Counted from the first letter of the stretch, positions 1 through 14,729 are shown. The stretch is 64,000 nucleotides of DNA from Octopus vulgaris (GCA_951406725.2 OX597816.1:146630001-146694000); one strand, 5' to 3'. A program made the numbers and translations. The notes: a model not told the origin generated them from the letters alone.

Positions 1-2349
1 TATTGTTATACGAAGAGAATACGTAACGTTTAGAAATTATCCTAGAGGCGTGTGACCAAAGTCATTCAAATCCAAGATCATAATTTGGATGTATATAAAG
101 AAAATGCGAAGTGTTGAAAAAAGAGACACAGAGTGTCATATTGAAATCATATTCAATGATGCATTTGTGAAGCTATATATATGATAGATAAAGCTGGGAA
201 ATGTGATGCATGTTGTGTGGGGGAGTTTGTCCCTGTAGAAGTCAGGATAACGTTGTAATTAGAATATAAGTCCACATAGATAGAGAACAGCTTCTCTTCG
301 CTTTTGAATGAGGTGAGTTAACAAAGAATGCTTCTTAGTCAGCCAACTAGATAAGATTTACCTTAAAAGTCTTAAATATTTTCACTGTATCTGTCATATG
401 TTCCTTTTAAAGTAATGAAGAATAATTCATATAAATATTTCCAACAGAAACTTGGACACTTATTTCTGTACTATGTACATCAATGTTTGTAAAGCTTCCA
501 AATTAAATGAAAGTCAATACGTCGAAATGCAAGAAAAATCAGCTACTTGAAGTTGTTGCACATTTTAGGAAGAGAAAGCGAACCTAAATAATCTAAAACC
601 AAATCTGTCTAATACTATCCAAATGGCGTGAAATAGGGAAGGAACACTTGATAATAATCAAGTGTTCATAATAATAATAATAATCATATTTTGAAAACGA
701 GTGATGGTGTTCTTGTTTAAAAGGAAAATGATCATAACTCCGTATGATCAAGATATTAGAGTAAGGAAAGACTGATCTAAAATCTAACTTTAGATCATTT
801 TTCTTAAAAGAGTCATCAAAAATGTAGCACTTGCCAGCTTTATTCATGTGCAATGTTACTTAACATAAGTCTCGCTGTAAAGTTGGAAGAAGACATTTAC
901 AGTGTTGTGGAAATAGGAATTAGACTAACTTCACAATTCGTGATGCTTCTAAAATCCTCTTCGTAAATAATACACACTGAGTGACATATAACCATATCTG
1001 GTATGGCACAGATGTACATCAGTAACGCTATTTACAAGTGACTTATAAGAATATATATATATTAACATCCTGAAAATGAGGAAATTAGTATAGAAACTAT
1101 GCCAAAAATAAATGTATTCCGTAACATAAAAAGAAATAATATTTGTTCCTCCAACACCATTCTATATTGGAATATTGGAACATACACCAAAAATGTAGTC
1201 TTTGTCTTGATTCTGATGACATAAAATAAGTGGACGTAAATACAATAGTTATGATCCAGTTTTACAACTACTATATATGGATGGAATGTCTGACTTCGTT
1301 GACCTCTATAACACTAACATCAGTTGAAGAATTTATTTCCCCAAGAAAAAAATATGATAATATTCAATTAATATGTAGTGTAGCATAACAAGTTATTTTT
1401 ACTGCTTTCATTTTCAGCTTTAGATTAGATCAGCTACCCGAATGGTTTTGTGAGGCCACTATGAAGCCAAATCATTAAAATATTAGGTGAATATCTTTTG
1501 TCAGTTAGTCTTTTAAGCAGCTAGTCAGGCGTCTAACAATTTTCTTATCGCATTACGAATGTAATTCTATTAGTCTCTTGTGGATTTGACCAGAAAGACA
1601 AATATTTCTGATATTTACGTGTCTAATGAGATGATAAGTAACACCGTGATTAACAGTTTCATTTCTTTTCTTATCTATATTGTCTTCTGCTTTAGTCGCT
1701 AGCGCACAGTACACACAGTAAATATATTATCGGTAACACTCAGTTACAGATGGTCAGGAGAATAGCATAAAAGCAACAGTTTGCTATTTAAAAGGCTGAT
1801 ATATTATTTCATTGCTCTGCATGCCCGTGAATCGTTTTCAGATGCAAGTTATGTAATATGATGCTAAGACCAACTTGCTGGGGTAACTGAGTGGTCAACT
1901 AATTTTTTTGCGAATTGGAAATATTATGATTAGGATATGCTTGGATCCTTTTTTTTATTAATTGCAACTTTTAGTTATTCCAGTTTTACTGACAAGGATA
2001 GCCTGAAATCTTACACATTTTAATAGCTATGAGATACTTGTATATGATGAACGCATGCCTTGTTCCAGGCTGTTTGTACTGAGTCAATAGCTTGCATGTG
2101 CCAAGAAGTTCAACATTTAACATGTGCTACCGACATTTAGTCTACAGTATGCAATGTCAAACTTAGGTTACTTAAATTTCTGTTCACAATATTACGATTA
2201 AGATCGAAACATTACTGTTGAAGAATTGACATATGTTGTTTATTCAAGTTAAAAGAGTTACTTATAAATTAATGTGTGTGTTTGATTATCATATAAATAA
2301 AAAAATTTAAACATAAGATTCTGGGTTATTTTAATGTTATTTTCATGTA

Positions 2350-2467
2350 TTAAGAAGATGGCTTCATAACTAAATGTGGAATCTTCGTCAACTGAGTTCT
2401 ACTATACTCCCAAATCGACCAAAGACTTTCGAGTGGATTCAGGAAAGGGAAACTGAAAGACCATCGT

Positions 2468-2510
<43 letters not shown>

Positions 2511-2885
2511 CGCGTGTGTGTCTGTGTGTGAGTCTCTGTGTGTCTGTGTATGTCTGTGTGTGTCTGTGTGTGAGTCTCTGTGTCTATGTCTGTTTGTGGA
2601 TTTGTGTATGTCTGTGTGTATCTGTGTGTGTAAGTCTGTTTGCGTGTCTGTCTGTATGTGTATGTTTTTATATGTGCGTGTGTTCGTCCTTCACCGACGC
2701 TTCACATTGTGTGTTGGTGGTGTGTTTGTGCCACTGTAATAGATGGTTTGACAACACACGCCGATGAAATTTGTACCACGCTTAAAATCAAAAAAGTACT
2801 GTGGTCGATTCGTTCAAATAAAATTCTTCAAACTGCCACATCATGGCCGCTGTCTAATTAATAAAATAAGAAAATGAAAAGAAAA
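2350..2885 (+). mobile_element. Old copy of the microsatellite-bearing SINE
   Basis: GACCAAAGAC...GAGTGGATT...GGAAACTGAAAGA, long (GT)-rich tract, then AAGTACTG.GGTCGATT...CATGGCCGC. Confidence 0.6.
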
Positions 2886-3434
2886 CAAGATAATGACATT
2901 TTTTTCAGCACCCCCTTCACTGACAGTAGGAAGGAAACAATGTTTCATCAACGCGTACACCTGATCTTAAAGCTTGCAAAAGTGTGCCAACCGCAAAACG
3001 GTCATCTGACCAGCTTTTATATATGCTTATGCTGAAATATATGAATACATAACGATGTAGGAAAGTGTTGACTCTGATGCATTGGAATCAAGTTCAAATC
3101 ATGATGAGGTCGAACTTGCATTAAATAGTTTGAGGTAATAAAATCAGCGTGGAAATTATGGAATGTTCACTTGAATCGGCCCCAACTCCTCTCTCTACAT
3201 GCAAATATACCCCAAACTACGCGCTATTTGGATCCCAGTCTCAGATTTGTTAAAACAGTAAGCTAACTAATTTTCTGGCTTTTACATCGTAAGAAGAGCA
3301 AACCGAATGCGATTCATGGCCAATGAATCTACAAATTATTATTCGTTTCTCATATCATATCATGTATGCAGACGATTTGTAAATTTGCTGATATGAGAAT
3401 ATAACACCAGTCATTATTATCACTATTATTATTT

Positions 3435-3632
3435 AGGCAGTGAGCTGGCAGAATTATTAGCCAGGCGAAATGTTCAGCGGTAGTTCGTCTGCCATTACAT
3501 TTCGGGTTCAAATTCTGCCGTGGTCGACTTTACCTTTCATCCTATCGGAGTCAATAAAATAAGTACTAGTCGAACACTAGGATCGATGTAATTTATTCAT
3601 CTCCTCCCCTAAAATTGCTACCCATTGAAGCC
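3435..3632 (+). mobile_element. Diverged copy of the MetaSINE-like SINE
   Basis: GAGCTGGCAGAA head, GGTTCAAATTC, GTCGACTTTACCTTTCATCC. Confidence 0.8.
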
Positions 3633-3664
3633 ATTATTATTATTAATTCAAATTTTGTTGTAAA

Positions 3665-4077
3665 TACTGTAGTCTTGCATAGGTAACGCACTTGCTACTG
3701 GCATTCTACTGTACCATGCTCTCTCTTCTTTTCAACTGTCTAATACTTTCCTGATTTTTTATGGCCATGTGAAGGAAGCAAAGATTTTGTAGCAGTTCTA
3801 CTGGACGCTCTATTCCGATTTCCATTGTATTCGTCTTCACATCTTCTGATACTTTCCCCAAGGACGCAAAAATAATTGGCACTATCTTTACCTACATTAT
3901 TTTCCATAGCCGGGCTATTTCGTGCTTAAGGGGATTGTATATGTCTATTTTTACGCCATCCTTCTTGAGTATTCATCTGTCTTATTGGTACACAGCATCG
4001 ATTATATAGCACACGTGGTTCAACTTATCCACCACCACTAGGTCCAGCTTTGTTATACTTTAGCATCTGGTCCGTGC
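3665..4077 (-). mobile_element. Decayed R4/Dong-like 3' fragment, same family as 49617-50650
   Basis: Shares TCCATAGCCGGGCTATTTC and TTCTTTTCA.TGTCTAATACT.TCCTGATT with the 49.6 kb copy; next to a short (TTA)n. Confidence 0.7.
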
Positions 4078-5145
4078 TTCTACGTTTTTGTTCATAAGTT
4101 GCTTTTTTATCATACTTAATACTCCAATTATTACTGATATTCTGTGACATTGTATTATTTTCTGTATGGGACTACAGCGACAAGAATTGGTGTAGAGTCA
4201 CAAGATTACAAAGGAAGACGAAGCCTATTATTCACTACTAGAGGAGTGAGGAAGGCAGATACTTCCGGTATAGGACATTCGGATAAGCTACGGGTTGGGC
4301 GTTTCGTGTATATGTATATATTCCTGTTCTAGTGAAGGTAGACGGGAGAGGGAAATAGACAGAAGATAACATGATGAAAGAAGAAGGGTACAAGGTGCGT
4401 AGTACCTGATACGGATGATAACAATATGGAATTAGAGAAAGAATGAAGCTTGCTTCTCTGAATCTTTCCATTAAAGTAATATATGCAGTGCGATAACGGC
4501 TCCTTCAAGGGTAAAAGAGATAGAGAATGTGTGAAGCATCTTTAAATACGGCGTTGATGTCTGGAGGAAGAAAAATGACCATCATGTTTTAGGGACACTA
4601 GAGAGAAATGGTGAGAAACTTAGTAGAAAACGTTGCGAAAGAAGGAAATTGCAGAAGTACGCATGCTGTCGTATATCGGAAATAAATATTGCAGTATATT
4701 TCACTGATTAGTTTAAGCTCATTGGGTATAAAATTAGGTTTATCATTGTGTCGGTACAACCAACTTACCTGTATTTTAATGATTAAAGCCGGAATGAAAG
4801 TAAAATATAGAAGGTCATTTGTGCTACAAATAATGTATGATTACACGTGTTTGTCTTTAATCATAAGTTACAGTAAACAAAAGTGTTACACTACATAACA
4901 TTGTATACAAAAATAAATCCATAACAGAAACTTCAAATCTATAGAACATTTTACATGATAGCGTTGTTTATCTCTGTGTTTAAACGTTGAACCTCTCATC
5001 AGGTTGACTCTGTATGTAGAAGAACAATAGCCGGCGATATAAGCACTATTATAGGAAATCAATACATTGATTTATTTATCGTTTCTTTCAAACAATATGT
5101 GTGTAAGTGTGAATGTGCGTATGTGCGTATATACATATGTATATG

Positions 5146-5223
<78 letters not shown>

Positions 5224-5483
5224 TGTATGTATATGTATACACATATAAATAGACAAATGGAAATATATGGATATATGTGTATTTAGTGAGGTGAGAGAGA
5301 GATAGGCTTCCTTAGATGTACAATTGTTTGTGTTGACAGTAATTCTCCTTCTGACTGACATTTATCAAAGTCTTTCCATATTGATCATTTTAGACTGTAT
5401 ATGTGCACACACATTTATGTACGTATATTTATATGTGTGTGTGAATGTGTGAGTGCCTTTGAATGTGATTCCAAGTGTGTATA

Positions 5484-5812
<329 letters not shown>

Positions 5813-6179
5813 GTATGTATGTATGTGTGTGTGTATTGTAATCAGCTCCCACGTGACAACAATAGGTAACGTAATTATGAAAAGATTATTGTCTGTATCA
5901 GTTTGAAGAAAAAAGGAATAGATGTTTTCTAAGTTAATTATAATGCATAACGTAGGACGGTTGCTGATGACGTTAGTGATAATATTGACATTAACAAAAC
6001 TATCGTTGTCCATAATGTTCACAATTATTTTATTCATATGCTGCTGGTTTGATGTAGACAAACTCAAACTGGAAATCAGGAAATGTAAGTTATTTGTCAC
6101 TGAGTTCAACACCTCTTCATACATAGATACTTATATGCATACACTCCCATGTACATACTAATCAGCATACGTAAAAATA

Positions 6180-6233
<54 letters not shown>

Positions 6234-6496
6234 AAACATCAACAATATATTTCATAAACAATGAAGAAACTTGAAATGAACCATCGCGCAAGACATCTAT
6301 GATAAGCACGGAAGAAAATTTAGCCCAGGGAAATACGATATAGCCCCAATTATATTTGTAATCACAGGAAAAAATACATGTAAGCATGCATACACACAAC
6401 AAACACACACACATGTAGAAACATAGGTTTGTAAGCGTATATACATATATAAATACATACATACATATATATATATAATATATATATACATATATA

Positions 6497-6876
6497 TAAT
6501 TAATTAAGGGTAGAAATCAATATTTGTCAATTAAAACCAGTGGTCTAACATATTAAAAAAATCCGAAGATTAAATATTTATATATACCAATTAAGTACAG
6601 AACACGAAAAAGTGGACAGTCAACATGCTAGATATAGACGTCAAATTGCCATTCTCCATAAAAGATTATGTTCTCAGATTAAACTCAACACCAACCCAAG
6701 CAATAAACAAGTGAAACTATACGAAAAATTTTTCGTATATTTTCACTTGTTTATTGCTTGGGTTGGTGTTGAGTTTGATCTGAGAACATAATCTTTTGTG
6801 GAGAAATGGCGATTTGACGTCTATATCTAGCATGTTGACTGTCCACTTTTTCGTGTTCAGTCCTTAATTGGTATAC
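6497..6876. mobile_element. TA-flanked foldback element: ~147-bp-arm palindrome (6581-6876, no spacer, centre 6728/6729) plus one-sided terminal extension
   Basis: Arms reverse-complementary around ACGAAAAA|TTTTTCGT; extension shares AGGGT...CCAGTGGTCTA with elements at 26243 and 32031. Confidence 0.8.
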
Positions 6877-6942
6877 ATATATATATATATATATATATTC
6901 GTTTTGCAACATTCTTGATGTGAAATCGTGTGTTGAAACAGA

Positions 6943-7120
6943 TATTGTTTTAACTAGGGATGGCCATGTTGCCAGTTTAGCCAATAAAAAACACGTACTA
7001 TGTATTTGGTGTTAAATTGCAAATATATTTTGTGTTAATAAAGCAAATTAGCACCAAATATATAGTGCGTGTGTTCTATTGGCTAAACTGGCAACATGAC
7101 CGTCCCGAAATACAGCAATA
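6943..7120. repeat. Foldback/MITE-like inverted repeat, ~78-bp arms, ~22-nt spacer
   Basis: CATGTTGCCAGTTTAGCCAATA / TATTGGCTAAACTGGCAACATG and flanking complementarity. Confidence 0.85.
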
Positions 7121-7145
7121 GATATGTATATATATGTATGTATAC

Positions 7146-7207
7146 GGAAAAAAGTCAAGATAGAAAATGCTAAACAAATTTTATAAAAAACATTTCAGTA
7201 CCGGTTT
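7146..7207 (-). mobile_element. Short terminal fragment of the same family as 10357-10804
   Basis: AAGTCAA.ATAGAAAATGCTAAA...AACATTTCAGTACCGGTTT matches 10366-10419; TA-flanked. Confidence 0.75.
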
Positions 7208-10200
7208 ATATATATATATATTTATATACATATGTGTGTCTGTGTGTGTGTGTGTGTGTGTGTATCTATATCTATAAAAGAGAGATTTATGTGAGTGTGT
7301 ATGTGTCAGTGTACGCATGGGCGCGTACGTTCCTTATGCATTCCAAAACCGACTTGCCTTTTGTGACGAATGGGTTATCAAGGACTCAGTACTATTTCCG
7401 CTACCAACTAAACTTTAGTTTCATTGATGTATTTCTATTACAAACATTTAAAATTATAATCTTCTCCATAACTCAACTATCGTAAACATTTTATACGACG
7501 ACGACGACGACGGACGACGATGACGTAAAATTTTCTATATGAGTGTGCACCTTAAAACACATCTATCATTACGACACACACCTTCACTCACTCTGTCTCT
7601 CTCTTTCTCTCTCTCGAACACCCACAAACACGCATGCACACGCCTCTTTCATATACACGTACATACATCTTTCACGTTCTCATTTCTTTCACCTTCTGCT
7701 CTGTCTCTAATTTTCGCTTTCTCTTTTCTTTCAAATTCTGCTCTCTTCAAAGCATAAAGAGATTAATTTTTACAGAATGACCAAATGAAACGCAGAATGA
7801 GAAAAAGACAGAGATAAGAAAATGAAACAGAGACAGAAAACAACTTGCTATAGGAAAAGCAGAAAGACGGATAACGTGTGAGAGACAGACGCTGATGTTT
7901 CATACCCTATGTATGTTCTTTGGTTGAAAGTGAAAGAAAGCCAGCACAAAATTGATACTGTATGTTATATAGGTGAAGGTGAAAAAAAGTGGCACAGATC
8001 GAGGGGGAAAGCGGGAGAGAGGGAGACGCCGAGAACCCCCAGAAATGAGGTCGTGTCGTACAATTTTAAGTCATTTTCACTTTCGTCCCATGTTACACGC
8101 GTGCGTAGACTTAATCACTATATCTTTCATTTTCCCATTATAATGTACCGAGACCTTCTAATTTGACATATTACAACTTCACTACGTCGTTCCTTTGGAA
8201 TTACGCAAGGTATGCAAAAATAACTTCCTTTGGCATGCACACAGAGTTAAAGTTCCCTATGCATTATTTTACTTTTTGCTGTTCGCTAAATTACAGTTCA
8301 AATTCTATGGAAGTTAACTTTTTCTATTCTGTCGGTACCAAAAAAAGGCTAATACCAAATCCATCTTCTATTTCCTGAATGGATTATTATCTCAACTAAC
8401 ACTGCGGAATTCCTGAAGTAGATCCAACAGAAATATACCCTAACTGCGGATGTTACCATGTAGCCCAAAGTGTGCTGGCACTTTGCTCAAAACATCAGCA
8501 CTCTAATTGACATATACCCAGTAGTCCATAAATTACACGCGCACACACTCACGAGCACATAAACATACATACAAACATGGATCAGATGCCACATGCAACC
8601 ATCCTAGACATTCATGCACGCGCGCGCATATACTCTCTCCGGCTAAGTTCCTTTGAATATCAGATAGTTGGTGAGCCACCATTTCCCTACTCAACCACGC
8701 AGTCCAAGGATGTCTCATGAATTCAATTTTCTTGTAATGTCAAGAACACCATGTGAAAATACTGAACCAAAACTAGTTCAGCTTCCACTCTGAGGAGCTA
8801 CATTCTTGTGACAAACCCATGGAACTTTAATATGCATGGGGCCATACCCTATTGCTTCACGTAATAAATGATAACAGTATGTCTGTGGTTACATATACGT
8901 GTGTGTATATACACATATATATGTGTGTGTGTGTGAGTGTGTCTGTGTGTGTGTGTGTGTGTGCGTATGTGTGTACACAAGCACTCACCCCACGAAGGAA
9001 TTTTTCCTTGCATGTATTTATATTCATAACATTTTATATAAAAACATGACATCATTGTAAGTTGCCTAAATGTTATATAACATACAGTAATATATATCAT
9101 CTTTACCCGTAGTAATCTGTTTACATAGTCAACAGGTTCTTACATTAATCATGTTATCAATCATAAAAGTCCAATATTGGGAAACATCAAAGTTTATTCC
9201 AAATAAATGTAACTGTTATTGGGAAATAGCAATACAGTAAACCTCGTGACTAGAAAAAACATATTAAAAGAAAATATAACTAGATTCATACAAGCAAATA
9301 CGGATAAATGTGTGCATATGTGTGCATTTATAGGTACACAAACACACATATATATATGTATGTATACACAGATACACATTCGCACACAAACATATTTGTA
9401 TATATATATATCTATAATATATAACGTCTTCGAAAAACAGATCATATATTATATAACTTACATTTCGTTTTACTTATTTAAAAATCAATAAAAACTTAAT
9501 AATAGTCTTTGTTCATTTAGGCTTTTGTTTGGTTTATAGTAAATATGCGAGCACTCTTGGCTAAAGTGTTTCATAATACGTTTTTCGTTTTTGCAGTACG
9601 GTGGCATTTTTCTTTCAATTCTATAAATTACCGTTTGCTTTTGCTTCTAAAGACGTATATTACATATTACATGTAAAACATAGCAATAAATGTTAATAAC
9701 ATGTTGTAAATAGTGTACTTAATATGTAAACAGTCAATCTAAATGTGATGAAGTACATATCAAATCTGGATAGAAGTGTAAATACACCGACGATGAATTT
9801 ATGATTTACAGCTTTGTCGAGATCCAGAGCAGCATGATACAACACGCAGTAAAAGATACACAAGCTCTCGATATTTCTTTTTTCTAGTAATGGGGCGGAG
9901 AGGCTTGAATCATTGACAGGATTTATCAAATAATATTTTATACTTGATATACTAATGTGTTAGTCTTTTAACAAATACTTTTTAGAAATGTATCTTGAGT
10001 GTAAGCAGCTAGTAACGTAAGTCGACTTCAAAGTAAACACTTCAAAACATACGCTCAAACATTATATTATGTGTCTTGTTTGTATCTGTGTAGAGAATGT
10101 ATGTATGAAGCTATATAAGTAACCATGAAGTCACAGCGTAACTCATTAAAAAGTATTTATTTGCTTTAATAATAAATGTGAGTTGTGTGTGTGTAAATAT

Positions 10201-10319
10201 ATTATATATACATATATATATATGTATGTATATATGGATATAAATATATATATATATATATGTATGTATGTATATATGAATATAAATATATATATATATA
10301 TGTATGTATATATGAATAT

Positions 10320-10360
<41 letters not shown>

Positions 10361-10404
10361 AAATAAGTCAAAATAGAAAATGCTAAAATATTTTATAGTG
10401 AACA

Positions 10405-10448
10405 TTTCAGTACCGGTTTCGGTTATTTTGAGACCTTTTCAACTGTAA
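10405..10448 (-). ncRNA. Minimal hammerhead-like motif, U3-A8 core variant (mirror copy)
   Basis: Minus strand CAG-TTGAAAA-GGT ctcaaaata ACC-GAAA-CCGG-TA^CTG. Confidence 0.55.
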
Positions 10449-10710
10449 CGATTAAATAATTAAATTTAGAAAAATTAGAAGAAAAGGTTTTTTTAACGAA
10501 TATTTCTATAGTAGTGTTCAGATATAAGTGGCATTCTGCCTTTCTCTGACTCCCTTGTTTGCACTTGTGTGTTGGAGGTCCTCCAACACACAAGTGCAAA
10601 CAAGGGAGTCAGAGAAAGGCAGAATGCCACTTATATCTGAACACTACTATAGAAATATTCCTTTAAAAAAACCTTTTCTTCTAATTTTTCTAAATTTAAT
10701 TATTTAATCG

Positions 10711-10755
10711 TTACAGTTGAAAAAGGTCTCAAAATGACCGAAACCGGTACTGAAA
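10711..10755 (+). ncRNA. Minimal hammerhead-like motif, U3-A8 core variant (extra A in this copy)
   Basis: CAG-TTGAAAA(A)-GGTC tcaaaat GACC-GAAA-CCGG-TA^CTG. Confidence 0.55.
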
Positions 10756-10852
10756 TGTTCACTATAAAATTATATTAGTATTTTCTATTTTGACTTATTT
10801 TTTCATATATATCAACTCGTGTGTTCCTTTTCACCCTTATACACACACACAC

Positions 10853-10901
<49 letters not shown>

Positions 10902-11345
10902 GTTTTGTATATTTGTACATATATATGTATATGTATGTGTGCATGTATGTATGTTTGTATGCATATCCATGTATGTACGTACCTATGTATGGATATGTAT
11001 GTAAGGATGGATGGAGGGATGGATGAACAGATACGTATGTGAGAGTTCTTGCATACTTACACACATTAAGACTGATTATAATAGGTAAACGGGTAGCTTG
11101 GCATATAAGTATAAAAGTAGTCTGAAGGTGAGCGCGCCTATTTGTGTGCAAGTTTACACGCGCGCTAATATAAATATTGTATACTGTATGTAGAACTGGA
11201 ACCGGCCATATTCAAATGACGCAGATTGGACGACACAGTGACACGGAAACAAGGCTTGGTTTGAAAAAGCCATCTGAGTGAACTGGGGAAATTTAGGAGC
11301 TTGAAAATTATATATGTACGTAGGTGTGTATTACGTATGTATTAT

Positions 11346-11510
11346 CTATTATATAAAATCCGTTCTGTCTGTCTGTGGGTGTGTCTTATAGGATCTCGGG
11401 CATCCTCCATCAGATTGCGCTCAAATTTGATATGTAGATAACGACGGTATCAGAGCGTGTATAAGTTCTGAAACAATTACAAAAATCGATTCCAGGTGAG
11501 AATGCGATTT
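11346..11510 (+). mobile_element. Probable 5' end of a non-autonomous Helitron-like repeat
   Basis: A|TCTATTATATAAAA start, (CTGT)n, then CAGATTGCGCTCAAATTTG; no 3' hairpin/CTAG seen nearby. Confidence 0.45.
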
Positions 11511-11589
11511 GCTTTAAATGTTTCACAACTCAGCACCATCCATTGGAAGTTTGATAAAGTTAGGTATTTTTCGAACAAAGACTGGTCAG

Positions 11590-12150
11590 GCCGTGTGTAA
11601 CTTAATAGCACCACCTGATAGGATTATCTAAATTCTTTTCAAGTCAAGGTCTGTACTATCATGATCCATTCAAGTATTGATTTCATGCTGAGTGAGTTGT
11701 ATCCAGGTATAGGTGGCGTATCTGGTATTCCTTGAAGAAATTTGTCCACACTTCGTTTAAAGGTGGTGGGATCCTTTCCTCCTTGATCAGTTTTGCGACA
11801 ATGTTAAACAGGGCAGGGCCTGTTGAGAAAAAGAAATTGTGTCGCAACGTACCTATATGATGGCATCCTGAATTGGGCAGGGACGTATGGCTCGTGGTCC
11901 CAGCCTTGGATGAACCTTGAAGCTAATATTCAGGTCGTTTGGGCAATACTGGCGGTATATTCTCCACATTGTGCAAATGATGTACCGCTCGCGGCGGCGT
12001 TGGAAAGAGTAGAGTTTCAAGGCTTTAAGGCGGTCCCAGTAATTTAGATCTGTCATGATCTCAATTCGTTTAGTGAATGCCCTCTGGGGTGATTCAATTT
12101 TCGTGATGTTTTGTTTTGTATTGGGAGACCACATGGGGCAGCAGTATTCG
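11590..12150 (-). mobile_element. 3' fragment of a more distant CR1/L2-group LINE
   Basis: EYCCPMWSP...IESPQRAFTKRI...YWDRLKALKLYSFQRRRERY, then FKRSVDKFLQGIPDTP in another frame. Confidence 0.88.
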
Positions 12151-14729
12151 GGTGTGGCCGTACAAAGGAGGAGAAAATTGGAATGATGACACAGTGTTCT
12201 CTGGACTGGAAAGCTTTTAAGATTCAGGAGCTCATCTTTAGATGTGCTTTTACTATGTTTTGTCGCAATTTTCTTCATGTTCATTAAAACAGACGCGTAT
12301 ACACATTGCTTTATTTATAAGATGTATGCATTGGTAAGGTTGCAGCTGTCGTTTAATCTTGTTTCTCTTTCGATATGATTTATGCGAATGAAGATTGAAA
12401 TATTTTTAAATACATAATATATAATTATCTGTGCATAAGTATAAATTATGTTTCGAATAAACATTCTCAACATTTACGGGGTTAGGCATGGATGCATGTC
12501 CAGTTCACTGAATTAGATTTGGGAAATTAAAAGACGGTTGGCTATTCTTCATTGCTTATATTCGGAGATTTTCAATACGCCTTGTTTGGAGATTTTTCAA
12601 TACTGTTTTCGTGAAGAAACTGTGTTAAGCTATTAATACAGTGTATATGATCACTTTAAACTTGTGGCGAATATGCTTGTCATTGTTGTTTATTCACAAA
12701 CGAGTTCTAATCCAGAATATCTATGGTCAAAATATTTCTACACATTTACAGCTGTTTGATAATTTCATATTTATAGTTGGTGATCAGTGAATTACAATTT
12801 TCAAGTATCTTTTCTTAAGATGGCAGCTTATTACTTGAAAGAATTTTCCTAGAGTTACATGTGAACAGAGATTCTTTCAAGTGGGTAATTTTAACCAATT
12901 TATGAAAGAGAAGCAGCAGATGAATCACTGAATATATTATGTGTTTGTATGTGTGCGTGTGTGTGTATCTGTGTGTGTGCAACTCTTTACAATCCGTGCT
13001 CAAATTCCTACTTTTTCTCTTTGGTTTTCAAGATTTATTCGATAAAATAAATAGTAAATTTACAATTTAGTTTAGTTTAATTACCTATGCGTCCACAATG
13101 CACAATTGTAGATTTGAATTATAATGAGCAAACAAGTGTTCGCTTTGACATCATTGTTAATTGAAACACAGACACACACACACAATATATTCACTGATCC
13201 ATTGTAAAATTCAACGCCTTACACTTGCTAAGAGTGAGGCGTTAAATTTTACACTACTTTTATTGGACAATATAATCTATTTCATGAGTCCAGTGTTACT
13301 TTTCATGTATACTGCTGAAATATGTGACGAACTATTTCAGCTCTTCTCAAATGTCATCTCTTTGTGGATAATTGATATTATATGTAATTGAGACGTACCT
13401 GATTGGAACATATATTAATCCATGATATTTATAGTATTAGCTATGATTTATGGAAGTAGTATTGAATAAATGATATTTAATGCGTTATTAAATTCAGTTA
13501 ACAACTGGTTACAGACAGATATTAATTCGTATGTATTATTTACAAGTCTAAAATACATATGGTTACGGCTTTGCAAATATGACATTCTATCATTTTACTT
13601 AATACTTGGAGGTCATATTTATCTGTAGAAAAAAAAACAGTAACAAAATGTCACGAATGAAGTAGCCATTTTAATAAAATATTTATCATGTTTATTCCAA
13701 AAGCCACTAATGTATAAATCAGACAGACAAAAACAAAATCAAGTTTCCAACCAAGTTTGTTTAAGAAATTCAAGAATATATACTTAGTATCTGTAACGCG
13801 TAGAGGCTTATGGGTACAAATTACACAAATGTATTTTGTACGTTGAAATATAAAGTGACGTTTTTTAATTTTACTGTGATATTATTTCTTTCTCCCTCTC
13901 TTCCGTTATATTTCTCTTTCCCTGTCTCTCTCTCTTTCTCTTCCCGTTTTCCTTCACTCTTTCTCTTACAAGATACGTAAATATTATATAATAACACCAG
14001 CATTGTTTCTTGACAATCTTAGATATGTGGTTTGTCCAACGCAAGTTGCTGTTTACTGTAATGGCCAGATCACGTCTGCTAGAAGATTTCTAAAAGTTTG
14101 TGTTGCTAAGGGAGCATGTAAAGGCTGAATTTAGATATATATTCCTACGACGTCTATTCGACATCTCTCCCTTCCACTCTCTCCCTTCAGATCCTCTCTC
14201 TCTTTCTCCCCTTCCTTCTATGCTGCCACCGGTTAAATGCTTTTGCTTTCCATCTCTGCTTTGTGTTTCTCTCTGCCCGCTAACACTCGTCTGCTGCCCA
14301 CTACTGAAATGTGACCTGTGGTCATCTTACCTCCTAAACACGCTGAGCAAGCTGTTGTATTTTCTGTCGTCTCCTATGGTATTTATCTTTCACTGCTAAT
14401 TCTTGAGGATATTCTCCTGACGTTAACCATTTCTGTCTCCTGTCTGGCCCTAGGGAGGAATTCTTTTTTATTGACTTCTTGAATTGCATTAATTCCAAAT
14501 CTGTATGTTCAGTTTCAGCATCGCATATTTGTTTGTTTCTTCATTGTTTGTTAATTCTTTCGCATGTTTGGTTCCTTCCTTTTTGACTCGCCATTTCTCC
14601 CAGGCTTTTGCGAAATTGTGTTTCACGCTCTAGCAGAAAACTCATGAAGATTTGGTGGTGGCATTCGGTGTCTGATTCCCCTTTCTGCATTTATTTATGT
14701 TTTTAACTTGTTTAATGGACCGCCCTACG

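Larger units (their letters stand above)
10357..10804. mobile_element. ~220-bp-arm palindrome (1-nt spacer at 10579) embedded in (TA)n; inverted Penelope-like pLTR pair
   Basis: Arms are near-perfect reverse complements around GGAGG-T-CCTCC; each arm has a hammerhead-like motif. Confidence 0.8.
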
